Source: Hyphomicrobiaceae bacterium (GTDB taxonomy: Bacteria > Pseudomonadota > Alphaproteobacteria > Rhizobiales > Hyphomicrobiaceae). From it: a DNA stretch of 51,649 bases. Below the pieces are notes generated by a model that was not told the DNA's origin, ran no database searches, and was given only the letters and a program-made list of their open reading frames with translations. The DNA is taken from positions 1 through 51,649 of the forward strand of contig JANNXS010000075.1 in the NCBI GenBank assembly GCA_031409695.1. Direction: 5' to 3'. A program made the position numbers and the translations under genes. Positions 44,460 to 51,649 of the stretch are shown one piece after another. Position 1 is the stretch's first letter; every line of letters starts with the position of its first letter.

Positions 44460-45601
44460 GGCGGCAGCTTGGTTGAGGAAGCCGAAGTCGGCATGCGAGT
44501 CGATCTGATCCTCATGCCGAGGCTGAGCCGCGTCCTCAGCATTTCAGTCAGCGGATACAAAGTGGGAAGGTCGGCGAGGTTGAGGTGGCCGGTAAGGACA
44601 TTGGAAACTGCGCGCAAAGGCTACGGAAATTCGCCCTTCCTTTAATCGACCCGGGTTTCGATTGATGTTATGAACCAATGCGTCGAGCCGGAAAAGATGC
44701 CGAATTTCCCTATGATGGCGAGAATTTTGACGGCGCAAAGCCGCCTGAAGGACAAGAATCTTGGCGTAAGCCAACCTTGGGCCCGGCTGGCGCGAACTAA
44801 CAGCGCAACAACGGTGCAGTTCGGAGTGCCGATGTCGTTCGGCAAAAACCAACGATGAACTGGTCGCAGCCGCAGTGACGCGCGCCCATGCGAAGGCGCT
44901 GTGTGGTTCGGGCGCAACGCTGCGTCACCTTACAATCAGCTGATCGGGCCATGCGACGCGTGCCAAGGACTCGGCAAGCGAAACGCTCGCCTGGATCGCG
45001 GATCGTCTTGCGGGTCGGCGAGCCCCGACCGATTGTGGGGCCATTTGAAGCGCTACAATTAAAGGTCGGCCCGCCGGTAAATAAATGAACGCTTCAACGG
45101 CTTGGCTGAGACGCAGAGAAAACCGACATCGAGATGCGGCCATCGTCCGCATCAGGATTATTGGGTTGGCACGGTCGGTCGGTAGACCACCGACAACGGA
45201 TCCTTGGCTTCTCCTACTCTGGACAAGCGGGGCCGTGCGGGGGTCGTGCGTGATCTCCTCAATCAGTGAGGTGGTCCGAGACTGACCGTCGTGCTCCCCT
45301 CGTGATGAGGCAGAAGCGGAGTAAGAACCGAACGATTGGTCTGCTCTAAGAAGCTTTTTATTCTGCAAAGTGACGCAATGGACGGCGACATCTGTTGCAG
45401 TGCAACCAACTCGGCTGACAAGTTCTGAGGCGGACGGCATTACGTTCTATGAAGTCAATCGCCAGTGACCAATGGTCCTTCGTCCCAACTGAGGCAAACA
45501 GAGCGCCATCTGTCCGGCTCACTGGTTTAGTTTCTATTGCGTTTTTTTACCGGAGGCTGAAAAACCAAATCTGCCCCATGGGCTCGATGCGTGATCCAAA
45601 A

Positions 45602-46048
45602 CTACCCTTTTGCGAGCGCCTTTGCAAATTCAATCACAAGCTGTCGGTCGGCGCCCGGCAAGCGGCCATAGATGCTTACAATCGCAACGACGTCATCGCA
45701 TATCGCGTTTTTGGTCGCAGCGTGTTCCGAGTGTAGAACATGATGGGGTTTCTCCGGAGTTACTGGTCCGACCGCCTGCCCCTGGTCCATTCCGAGAAAA
45801 AATGAACGAACTGAACACCTCAACAACGTACTTAGCTCCAATAGAAGTCTAGGCGACGGCCGCTCAATGCCCGCCTCGATCGTTGTCACTTGTTCGGCGG
45901 ACAGCTTCATCGCCCCTGCTAGATCAGAAGCTGACATTCCAAGTTGAACGCGCCGTGCCTCGATCCTTCGACCGATCGACTTGTCGACCGCTCTAGCTCG
46001 GGTAAGGGCACTCTCAACGGATGAGATGTCATCCGAACCGTTTGCCAT
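45602..46048 (-). CDS. XRE-family helix-turn-helix transcriptional regulator
   Basis: HTH_3 pattern IGRRIEARRVQLGMSASDLAGAMKLSAEQVTTIEAGIERPSPRLLLELSTLLRCSV. Start set at ATG 46048 (MANGSDD). Confidence 0.75.
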   Translation of the reverse strand: MANGSDDISSVESALTRARAVDKSIGRRIEARRVQLGMSASDLAGAMKLSAEQVTTIEAGIERPSPRLLLELSTLLRCSVRSFFLGMDQGQAVGPVTPEKPHHVLHSEHAATKNAICDDVVAIVSIYGRLPGADRQLVIEFAKALAKG

Positions 46049-46192
46049 TTTACCACTCCGACTCAGAATTGCGCGAGCCAGTATGCACATTGTTGTTAGC
46101 AAGCAGAAGGCTCGCATACTCTAAATGTCTTTCCAAGGACACACATAATGGCAGTCCGTCCGCGTTGATTCTTGCGCCGAAGGGAGACTGCC

Positions 46193-47032
46193 ATGACGAT
46201 GCGAAGCAGTGAACACAAGCACACAAACGCTGCCCAGAAGACAGCGGATATCGCGCCACCTGAACGAACTGAGCGTGTACTGATACTGGACCAAGTTTTA
46301 CTTGAACATGGGCCGGCTGCATTGATCGGGCGCTTTTTGCTCAAGGCTGAACATGCCGCACGTATGCGAGGTGTGACGCTGACCATTGAACCGATCGGTG
46401 CTCTGGGTGATTTTACGAGGCAGCACCTTCCTATGTGGCCGCCTCTACCAATGTTCGACCCCATGCCGATGGCGTTCCCTAATGATAGCGCATTTTGCAT
46501 CATTGGGCGTGACGTCAACGGCGCTGTCGTCGCCACGCAGGCAGTGCGTGCCTATAATTGGCCAACGTCGTGCCTTCGAGACGAGGCTGAGAATTTGTCC
46601 TTGTTCTACGGAAGCGGCGATCGTCCCGAGGGTGCGCGCTGTGCCATCGCAGCATCTGCGGCCGCTTCCATAACGGGCATGATGGCGTATTCTGGCGGTG
46701 GATGGTATGCAACGCAGTTTCGGGGTCGCGACCTATCTGCGATCTTACCGCGGCTGTCACGAGCTTTAGCTCTCGCTCGCTGGAACACTGATTTTACCGT
46801 GTCGTTTGTCGATTGGAAACTCGTCCACAAGGGCATCGCAGCCCGCTATGGCTACAAAAACGTCGATGACGGCGTCCGGATCGAGGGTATTGTCGATGAT
46901 ACATTTGATGCTGCCCTCGTCTGGATGAGTCGCGCTGAGTTAATTGACGATCTAAGCGCCTTTGTTGAAACATTCGACGCCCCGTCAGACGGCTTCGCGC
47001 AAAATCGACGCGCTGACCAAGTACTGTCCTAA
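46193..47032 (+). CDS. Hypothetical protein, possible GNAT-fold acyltransferase
   Basis: 279 aa from ATG 46193 (AAGGGAGA Shine-Dalgarno). The segment GAVVATQAVRAY...ITGMMAYSGGGWYATQFRGRDLSAILPRLSRALALARW resembles GNAT beta4-alpha3 (R-G-x-x-L motif A). There is no firm family assignment. Confidence 0.45.
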   Translation: MTMRSSEHKHTNAAQKTADIAPPERTERVLILDQVLLEHGPAALIGRFLLKAEHAARMRGVTLTIEPIGALGDFTRQHLPMWPPLPMFDPMPMAFPNDSAFCIIGRDVNGAVVATQAVRAYNWPTSCLRDEAENLSLFYGSGDRPEGARCAIAASAAASITGMMAYSGGGWYATQFRGRDLSAILPRLSRALALARWNTDFTVSFVDWKLVHKGIAARYGYKNVDDGVRIEGIVDDTFDAALVWMSRAELIDDLSAFVETFDAPSDGFAQNRRADQVLS

Positions 47033-47833
47033 AACTGGGTCATTGAGTGGGATGACCAGACGACGGTAACGCACATTCACTTCGGCGGCCTGCGCTTGCT
47101 GAATGCGTGCCGTGATGTCACTGAAATCCGGAGCGCGGCTTATCGCTACGCTTCGGTATGCTTCGGTAATCCACATCCCATAAGCATGGTCTGGCTCATC
47201 GACTAGCAGCGTTCCAGTTGCGATTGTCACATACGATAGGTCATAACAAAAGTAACCTCTGCCCATTGCTTCGACCAAGAATTCGCCATTGTTCAGGGGG
47301 CGCACAATCGTGTACCGACCTTGAAAGTGCTCGTCGCAATAAGCAGCTACCTCGTCTCGCGATCTGACGTCAGACGCACGCCACCACTCAAACATGGAAA
47401 GGATACTATGATCCGCCCTCATTTCGGCAATAGATAATTTATCGTTTCGAAAGCGAGCCCTGTCATCTTTCCAACCCAATTGACAAAGAACTTCGAGGCG
47501 GGCCGCGAATGTTGCGATGTTGGGCAACAATTCTGCATCGTGGTCGGATCCGAAAACCTGCAATGCAAGCCGTCCAACCCATTTTGCGTCATGCAACCAG
47601 AACAACAGGCCGATTACGGCGAGAGACGAGACCTTGCGTGGGCTGAGGGTTACTACTAGGCTTGGTCCTCGCCGTCGAACTTCGACAAATCCCATCTTTC
47701 CAACCATAAAGCCACGGAGTTGCTCGGGCGAGATGTCTGTCTGCAGGGAACGCCGCAGATCAGTGTCCGTGCTCTGCCATATTCGACCTTCCTCATCGAT
47801 GAACCAACGTTCGAGCTGTTCGCGATTCTGCAT
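46985..47833 (-). CDS. Hypothetical protein with C-terminal PAS_5/DUF1457-like region
   Basis: 282 aa from ATG 47833 (GAGGGA Shine-Dalgarno). The C-terminal half (YTIVRPLNNGEFLVEAMGRGY...YRRLVIPLNDPVLGQYLVSASIL) resembles alphaproteobacterial PAS_5-type domains. The 3' end overlaps the convergent gene by 48 bp. Confidence 0.4.
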   Translation of the reverse strand: MQNREQLERWFIDEEGRIWQSTDTDLRRSLQTDISPEQLRGFMVGKMGFVEVRRRGPSLVVTLSPRKVSSLAVIGLLFWLHDAKWVGRLALQVFGSDHDAELLPNIATFAARLEVLCQLGWKDDRARFRNDKLSIAEMRADHSILSMFEWWRASDVRSRDEVAAYCDEHFQGRYTIVRPLNNGEFLVEAMGRGYFCYDLSYVTIATGTLLVDEPDHAYGMWITEAYRSVAISRAPDFSDITARIQQAQAAEVNVRYRRLVIPLNDPVLGQYLVSASILREAV

Positions 47834-48127
47834 TGTGACAGTTCCCTCGTGCATCAGGGATTTATCGGGGCAAGCTGCTTCGCCTGCAGAATGGGCGGAC
47901 AAGTCCGGTTATTCACCACTTTAAATGTGACATGAACATACACTGCCAATCAAGCGCTGCATGATCGGTCACACCTCGTCGCTGATTGACATGTCCGGTA
48001 CGTCGGTGTTGACCTCTTGCCGAGTGTGAGGACGATTGCAGCAGGAGAACTTTTTAGCCTGAAGGGTGAGGGGCACCGTAGGTGAGTTCCACGCAGACCA
48101 GGGAAATCTTTTCATATGGAGTGGCGA

Positions 48128-48143
48128 TTAACTACCTTAGGTG
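48128..48143. promoter_or_regulatory. Operator-like site O1 (TTAACTACCTTAGGTG; core palindrome ACCT-N-AGGT)
   Basis: Its reverse complement matches 48671-48686 at 15 of 16 positions. It lies 71 nt upstream of the XRE gene start. Confidence 0.5.
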
Positions 48144-48213
48144 ATTGCGAACTTTGAGCAGTTAGCAGTTTTGGCATTGAGTTCTGAGTGCAACACTGAC
48201 CGGACAAAATTCC

Positions 48214-48645
48214 GTGGGTAAAAGTAAGAGCGTGGTGCCGCAGTCTCCAAGCCAACAAGCGCGCAAACCGACCGATATCGATATCCGGATCGGTCAGCTG
48301 ATCCGAGAGCGGCGGCAAGAACTGTCGATGTCGCAAGACGAACTATCCAAAGCGCTGCAAATTGCGCAACACCAGCTGCAGAAGTACGAGACTGGCGAGA
48401 ACCGCATCTCAGCATCAAGATTGGTAGAATTGGCGCGCGTTCTGCGGGTGGCTATTACTTGGTTTTATCAATGGACCGAGCCTCATCTCGCGGATACGCC
48501 GCCAACGCGCGGCAGTCTCGATGAAACTACTCTTATCGAAACGTTCCGGGATCTTACACCAGCAGGCCGCGCCCAACTGGTCAGCATTGCGGAAGTTTTG
48601 CGCGGGCAAAAGCCCAAGGCCTTGCGTCGAAGGAAGCACACTTGA
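48214..48645 (+). CDS. XRE-family helix-turn-helix transcriptional regulator
   Basis: HTH_3 pattern IGQLIRERRQELSMSQDELSKALQIAQHQLQKYETGENRISASRLVELARVLRV. GTG start, position uncertain. Confidence 0.75.
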   Translation: MGKSKSVVPQSPSQQARKPTDIDIRIGQLIRERRQELSMSQDELSKALQIAQHQLQKYETGENRISASRLVELARVLRVAITWFYQWTEPHLADTPPTRGSLDETTLIETFRDLTPAGRAQLVSIAEVLRGQKPKALRRRKHT

Positions 48646-48670
48646 CGCGCTCTGTGCTGCCAATTAAAAC

Positions 48671-48686
48671 CACCTAAGGTACTTAA
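48671..48686. promoter_or_regulatory. Operator-like site O2 (CACCTAAGGTACTTAA)
   Basis: Second copy of the ACCT-A-AGGT palindrome with a shared flank. It sits between the XRE stop (48645) and the RBS/ATG (48704) of the next gene. Confidence 0.5.
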
Positions 48687-48703
48687 CTTTGGTTGAGGTT
48701 GGC

Positions 48704-49519
48704 ATGGCTGGTCCCACGACGCATTCGGCCTACGCATCGAAAGTCAGTCCTACGAAATCTGTCAGAGTGGCACCTAGTCCCGCAAAAGTGGTAGCGGCAT
48801 TCAACACCTGGGCCTTTAAGCGACAACAGCCATCGAGCGCCGAACAACTCAACGCCGTCGCGGCTCATGCACTGCAGGGTTCGACTCCCCTCAGATTCGT
48901 TCTCTATTGGGGCAAGGGACCTAGAGCCGTAGTTCGCGGTCCCGAACGGCAATGCCTCGATTTTCTCGCCAGAATGGGGCAGCGTGTGGCAGACGTCTAC
49001 GCGCAGGGGGTCCAGTTCGAACTTCTACTGACCGACACTCACGCCGAGCTAAACGGCCATCCAAGTGATCAGACCCATGCCTATTTTGCCGATGTAACCG
49101 CTGCGGCGGCAGACAAAGGCTTCACCACGCGACTACTGAGTTCCGTGGTGGTAGAGGCAGGCGTGTCGGCAAACTCGACGAGTTTTGCCGCACCATCGCA
49201 GGAAACGCTCCTCGGACTCGAGGAGTGTGCTGAAAAATGGTACCGCGGACGGGGCCGGTTCATTGATGGGGCAGCGGCCTATTACGCCATGAACATGAAT
49301 GAGAAGCGCGCCGTCGAACTGTGCTATCCGAACACAGTATTCGTCACCTTCAACTCAGGTGCGATGCGTGTGCTATTCCCAGACCGAATGCCCATTTTCT
49401 ATATGTATTCTCTGCGCAAGGGATGCGCAACCAAGCCCTGGTTTACGGACGACGAGCCTCTCGCGAACCCTCCACGGATGGCACGGGAATATTTAACGCC
49501 GGTTCCCGCCGCTGGCTGA
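48704..49519 (+). CDS. Hypothetical protein (weak DIT1/PvcA-like pattern)
   Basis: 271 aa from ATG 48704 (GAGG Shine-Dalgarno). PLRFVLYWGKGPRAVVRGPERQCLDFLARMGQRVADVYAQGVQFELLLTDTHAELNG loosely follows the PI.FVLPAFPFKSPN...G.PD..E..L..L......IY.PG....I.SDG.VF pattern of the isonitrile/N-formyltyrosine synthase family. Unverified. Confidence 0.45.
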   Translation: MAGPTTHSAYASKVSPTKSVRVAPSPAKVVAAFNTWAFKRQQPSSAEQLNAVAAHALQGSTPLRFVLYWGKGPRAVVRGPERQCLDFLARMGQRVADVYAQGVQFELLLTDTHAELNGHPSDQTHAYFADVTAAAADKGFTTRLLSSVVVEAGVSANSTSFAAPSQETLLGLEECAEKWYRGRGRFIDGAAAYYAMNMNEKRAVELCYPNTVFVTFNSGAMRVLFPDRMPIFYMYSLRKGCATKPWFTDDEPLANPPRMAREYLTPVPAAG

Positions 49520-49566
49520 GCCACTTCGATCCGTCGTAACACGTCTGGCCGTTGGAGTTTCCCGCG

Positions 49567-50298
49567 ATGGATTGGTCTGCGATGACTTTGGCTGGAATAG
49601 GCCTCGCACTTGCCGGAGTGCTCAAGGGGGCAACAGGCCTCGGTTACGCTTCCTGTGCCCTGCCTTTTCTCGCTGCAGCGATTGGTCTGCAGGCTGCCAT
49701 GGTAGTGGTCCTATTGCCGGCAATGGCAACAAACGTTGGCCTCGCGTTGGCTACGGGGCATCTGGTCGAAACGCTGCACCGCTTCAAGAGGCTCTACGTC
49801 GCCATGCTGCCAGGCATCGTGTGCGGGATCTGGACGCTGATTTGGGTCGACCAACTCATTGCAACACGCTTGCTCGGGTTGGTCATGGTCTCTTACGTGG
49901 CACTCGCCCTGACAAAGCCGTCTATGGCTATTCCAGCAAACCTACAGCTGTCACTGCAATATCCTACTGGCTTCCTGAACGGTGTCGTAACTGGTGTCAC
50001 CGGCGCTCAAGTGATCCCGTTGTTCCCCTACATTATGGGGCTTCACATGGATCCAAACCGAACAGTCCAGGCCATAAACCTCGCTGTTCTGATCGCCTCA
50101 ACGGTGCTAGGTTTTGGACTACTAATTGCAGGGATCATGACCCGCGACACGTTTGTGCTTTCATTGGTCGGCATTGTACCTGCCCTCGTCGGCGTCGCTA
50201 TTGGAAACCGGGCCCGCCAGTTCTTGCCTCCGGATCGGTTCCGGCGGATCGTTCTCCTAACGCTATTGGTCATCGGGACTCTACTCATATTCCGTTGA
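49567..50298 (+). CDS. TauE/SafE-family (DUF81) anion exporter
   Basis: Polytopic membrane protein with N-terminal GLALAGVLKGATGLGYASCALPFL and a C-terminal repeat typical of TauE/SafE. ATG 49567 has GGAG upstream. Confidence 0.8.
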   Translation: MDWSAMTLAGIGLALAGVLKGATGLGYASCALPFLAAAIGLQAAMVVVLLPAMATNVGLALATGHLVETLHRFKRLYVAMLPGIVCGIWTLIWVDQLIATRLLGLVMVSYVALALTKPSMAIPANLQLSLQYPTGFLNGVVTGVTGAQVIPLFPYIMGLHMDPNRTVQAINLAVLIASTVLGFGLLIAGIMTRDTFVLSLVGIVPALVGVAIGNRARQFLPPDRFRRIVLLTLLVIGTLLIFR

Positions 50299-50306
50299 GC
50301 TAAGCA

Positions 50307-51649
50307 TCACGCAGCGCGGGCCAACCAGATCTGAGCCGCTGACATCGGACGTCCGAACAGGTAGCCTTGCGCAATCTCGCATCCTAGTGACCGCAAGATA
50401 TCCGCTTGTGCTGTTTCCTCTACGCCTTCAGCAACCGTCTTCATGTTCAGTTCCTTGGCCAAGGTGATAATGGCGCGTGTGATGGCAACCGCCTTCGAAT
50501 CGGTGCCAAGTTTAGCAACGAATGAACGATCGATCTTGATGCAATCGATTGGATAGCGTTCGAGATATCCGAGCGACGAATAGCCGGTGCCGAAATCGTC
50601 CAAAGAAATTCGAATTCCCAGTGCGCGAAGTCTCTCAAGTTGGCCGACGATCGTCTGCTCGTTTGACATCAGCATCGATTCTGTGATCTCAACCTCAAAC
50701 CTGTGAGCCTGCAGGCCGCTTACCCGAAGCGCTTCGCTCACCGTCTCGACCACGTCGCCGCGCGCAAACTGGGTTGCAGAGAAGTTCACCGCAATGGTCT
50801 CCTTGCCTCCGCGCTGAGCGAATTCGCGGCACACTTCTTCCACGATCCACGCCCCAAGTTGGATTATGAACCCAGTGTCCTCGGCAATTGGGATGAAATC
50901 GGCGGGAGACACCATGCCACGCTTGGGATGGCGCCACCGCACCAAGGCCTCGAAGCCGATTATTTGTTGAGTTCCGTCAAGCGCAACCTTCGGCTGGTAG
51001 TGCACCTCGAACTGATTGGTCTCGATAGCGCCGCGCATGTCGGCTTCCAATGTCTGGCGTTCAAGCAGAGCAAGATTTAACTCCGCGCCGTAGACGCGGT
51101 GCGTCCCTCGTCCACTCCCCTTTGCCGCGTATAGAGCAAGGTCTGCGCCCCTGAGCATGGCCGTATCATCTCGCAGGTCATCTCCCGGAATGGCAATTCC
51201 GATGCTCGCTCCGACGAATAGGCGGTGGCCTGAAATCTCAAACGGCTCGGCAATCACGCGGCAGATGCGCCGTGCGGCTGCCTCGGCGTGATCCAATGAC
51301 AGAGTGTCCCACTGCAGAAGGGCGAATTCGTCTCCACCCAACCGAAACACGGTGTCACCCCGTCGCACCGTGTTGCGCAGACGCTGTGCGACAGCACACA
51401 GCAACTCGTCACCGACAGGATGGCCATGGGTATCGTTGACCGCTTTGAACCGATCTAGATCAATCAGGTGCAACGCAAAAGGGCGAACCGATAGTTCATT
51501 GTTAGTTGCATCCGAAAGAGCCTCCCTAAACGAAAGCCGGTTCGGCAGTTTTGTAAGGGAATCGGCATGCGCCAGTTGGGTGATATGGCGGACATGACGG
51601 CGTTGACGCGCCACCGAGGTGCTCCCTGCAATCAATACGATCAGCGATA
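50307..51649 (-). CDS. GGDEF-EAL diguanylate cyclase/phosphodiesterase (5' end outside the window)
   Basis: GGDEF domain (DSLTKLPNR...RLGGDEFALL) followed by an EAL domain (FEALVRW...DDFGTGYSSL...KIDRSFV). The reading frame stays open to the window edge, so the N-terminal sensor part is missing. Confidence 0.9.
   Translation of the reverse strand, partial: SLIVLIAGSTSVARQRRHVRHITQLAHADSLTKLPNRLSFREALSDATNNELSVRPFALHLIDLDRFKAVNDTHGHPVGDELLCAVAQRLRNTVRRGDTVFRLGGDEFALLQWDTLSLDHAEAAARRICRVIAEPFEISGHRLFVGASIGIAIPGDDLRDDTAMLRGADLALYAAKGSGRGTHRVYGAELNLALLERQTLEADMRGAIETNQFEVHYQPKVALDGTQQIIGFEALVRWRHPKRGMVSPADFIPIAEDTGFIIQLGAWIVEEVCREFAQRGGKETIAVNFSATQFARGDVVETVSEALRVSGLQAHRFEVEITESMLMSNEQTIVGQLERLRALGIRISLDDFGTGYSSLGYLERYPIDCIKIDRSFVAKLGTDSKAVAITRAIITLAKELNMKTVAEGVEETAQADILRSLGCEIAQGYLFGRPMSAAQIWLARAA

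Noticed and set aside
44925-45440. 171-aa - strand ORF in the island as a real gene
   Set aside because: It has no RBS, an Arg/Ser-rich composition, no recognisable domain, and overlapping competing ORFs in other frames. I kept it only as part of a 'no convincing CDS' observation.
49572-50303. 243-aa + strand ORF in an alternative frame over the TauE gene
   Set aside because: The translation is Arg/Pro/Gly-rich and non-membrane-like, whereas the 49567-50298 frame gives a coherent polytopic TauE/SafE protein.

Overview
This is a 51.6-kb high-GC chromosomal window. Gene content and local synteny (OmpA/Pal-like - cpoB - tilS - ftsH; secB; nnrU; glnE; TIGR02281-type retropepsins) suggest an alphaproteobacterium, probably Hyphomicrobiales/Rhizobiales-like; this is an inference. 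I can support about 50 CDSs, two tRNAs (Phe-GAA, Gln-CUG), one clear pseudogene (hen1), one transposase remnant, three intrinsic terminators and several repeat families. No CRISPR array or rRNA was seen.

- 0-20 kb: housekeeping genes plus a translationally coupled operon of type III PKS, ICMT-like methyltransferase and MFS exporter.
- 20-29 kb (window centre): an orphan solute-binding protein gene preceded by a 3 x 27-bp palindrome-bearing tandem repeat. It is followed by an intact polynucleotide kinase-phosphatase/ligase (Pnkp), a divergent FeS (6-4)-type / CPD photolyase pair, and an internally deleted, frameshifted hen1 on the opposite strand. An alkyltransferase-like (ATL) gene and coaD come next. 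The canonical pnkp-hen1 RNA-repair operon is therefore broken here and wrapped around DNA photorepair genes.
- 27.6 and 32.4 kb: two inverted copies of a ~108-nt structured repeat carrying a terminator hairpin.
- 29-43 kb: recR, an otnK-otnC-ankyrin operon, a thiolase, secB and two tandem retropepsin-like proteases.
- 43-51.6 kb: an IS4-type transposase remnant and tRNA-Gln. After these the sequence looks less GC-rich by eye and encodes a small serine recombinase, two XRE regulators, three proteins I cannot place confidently, a TauE exporter and a GGDEF-EAL protein. This is likely an accessory island.

Functional calls come from motif and family recognition by eye, since no searches could be run.
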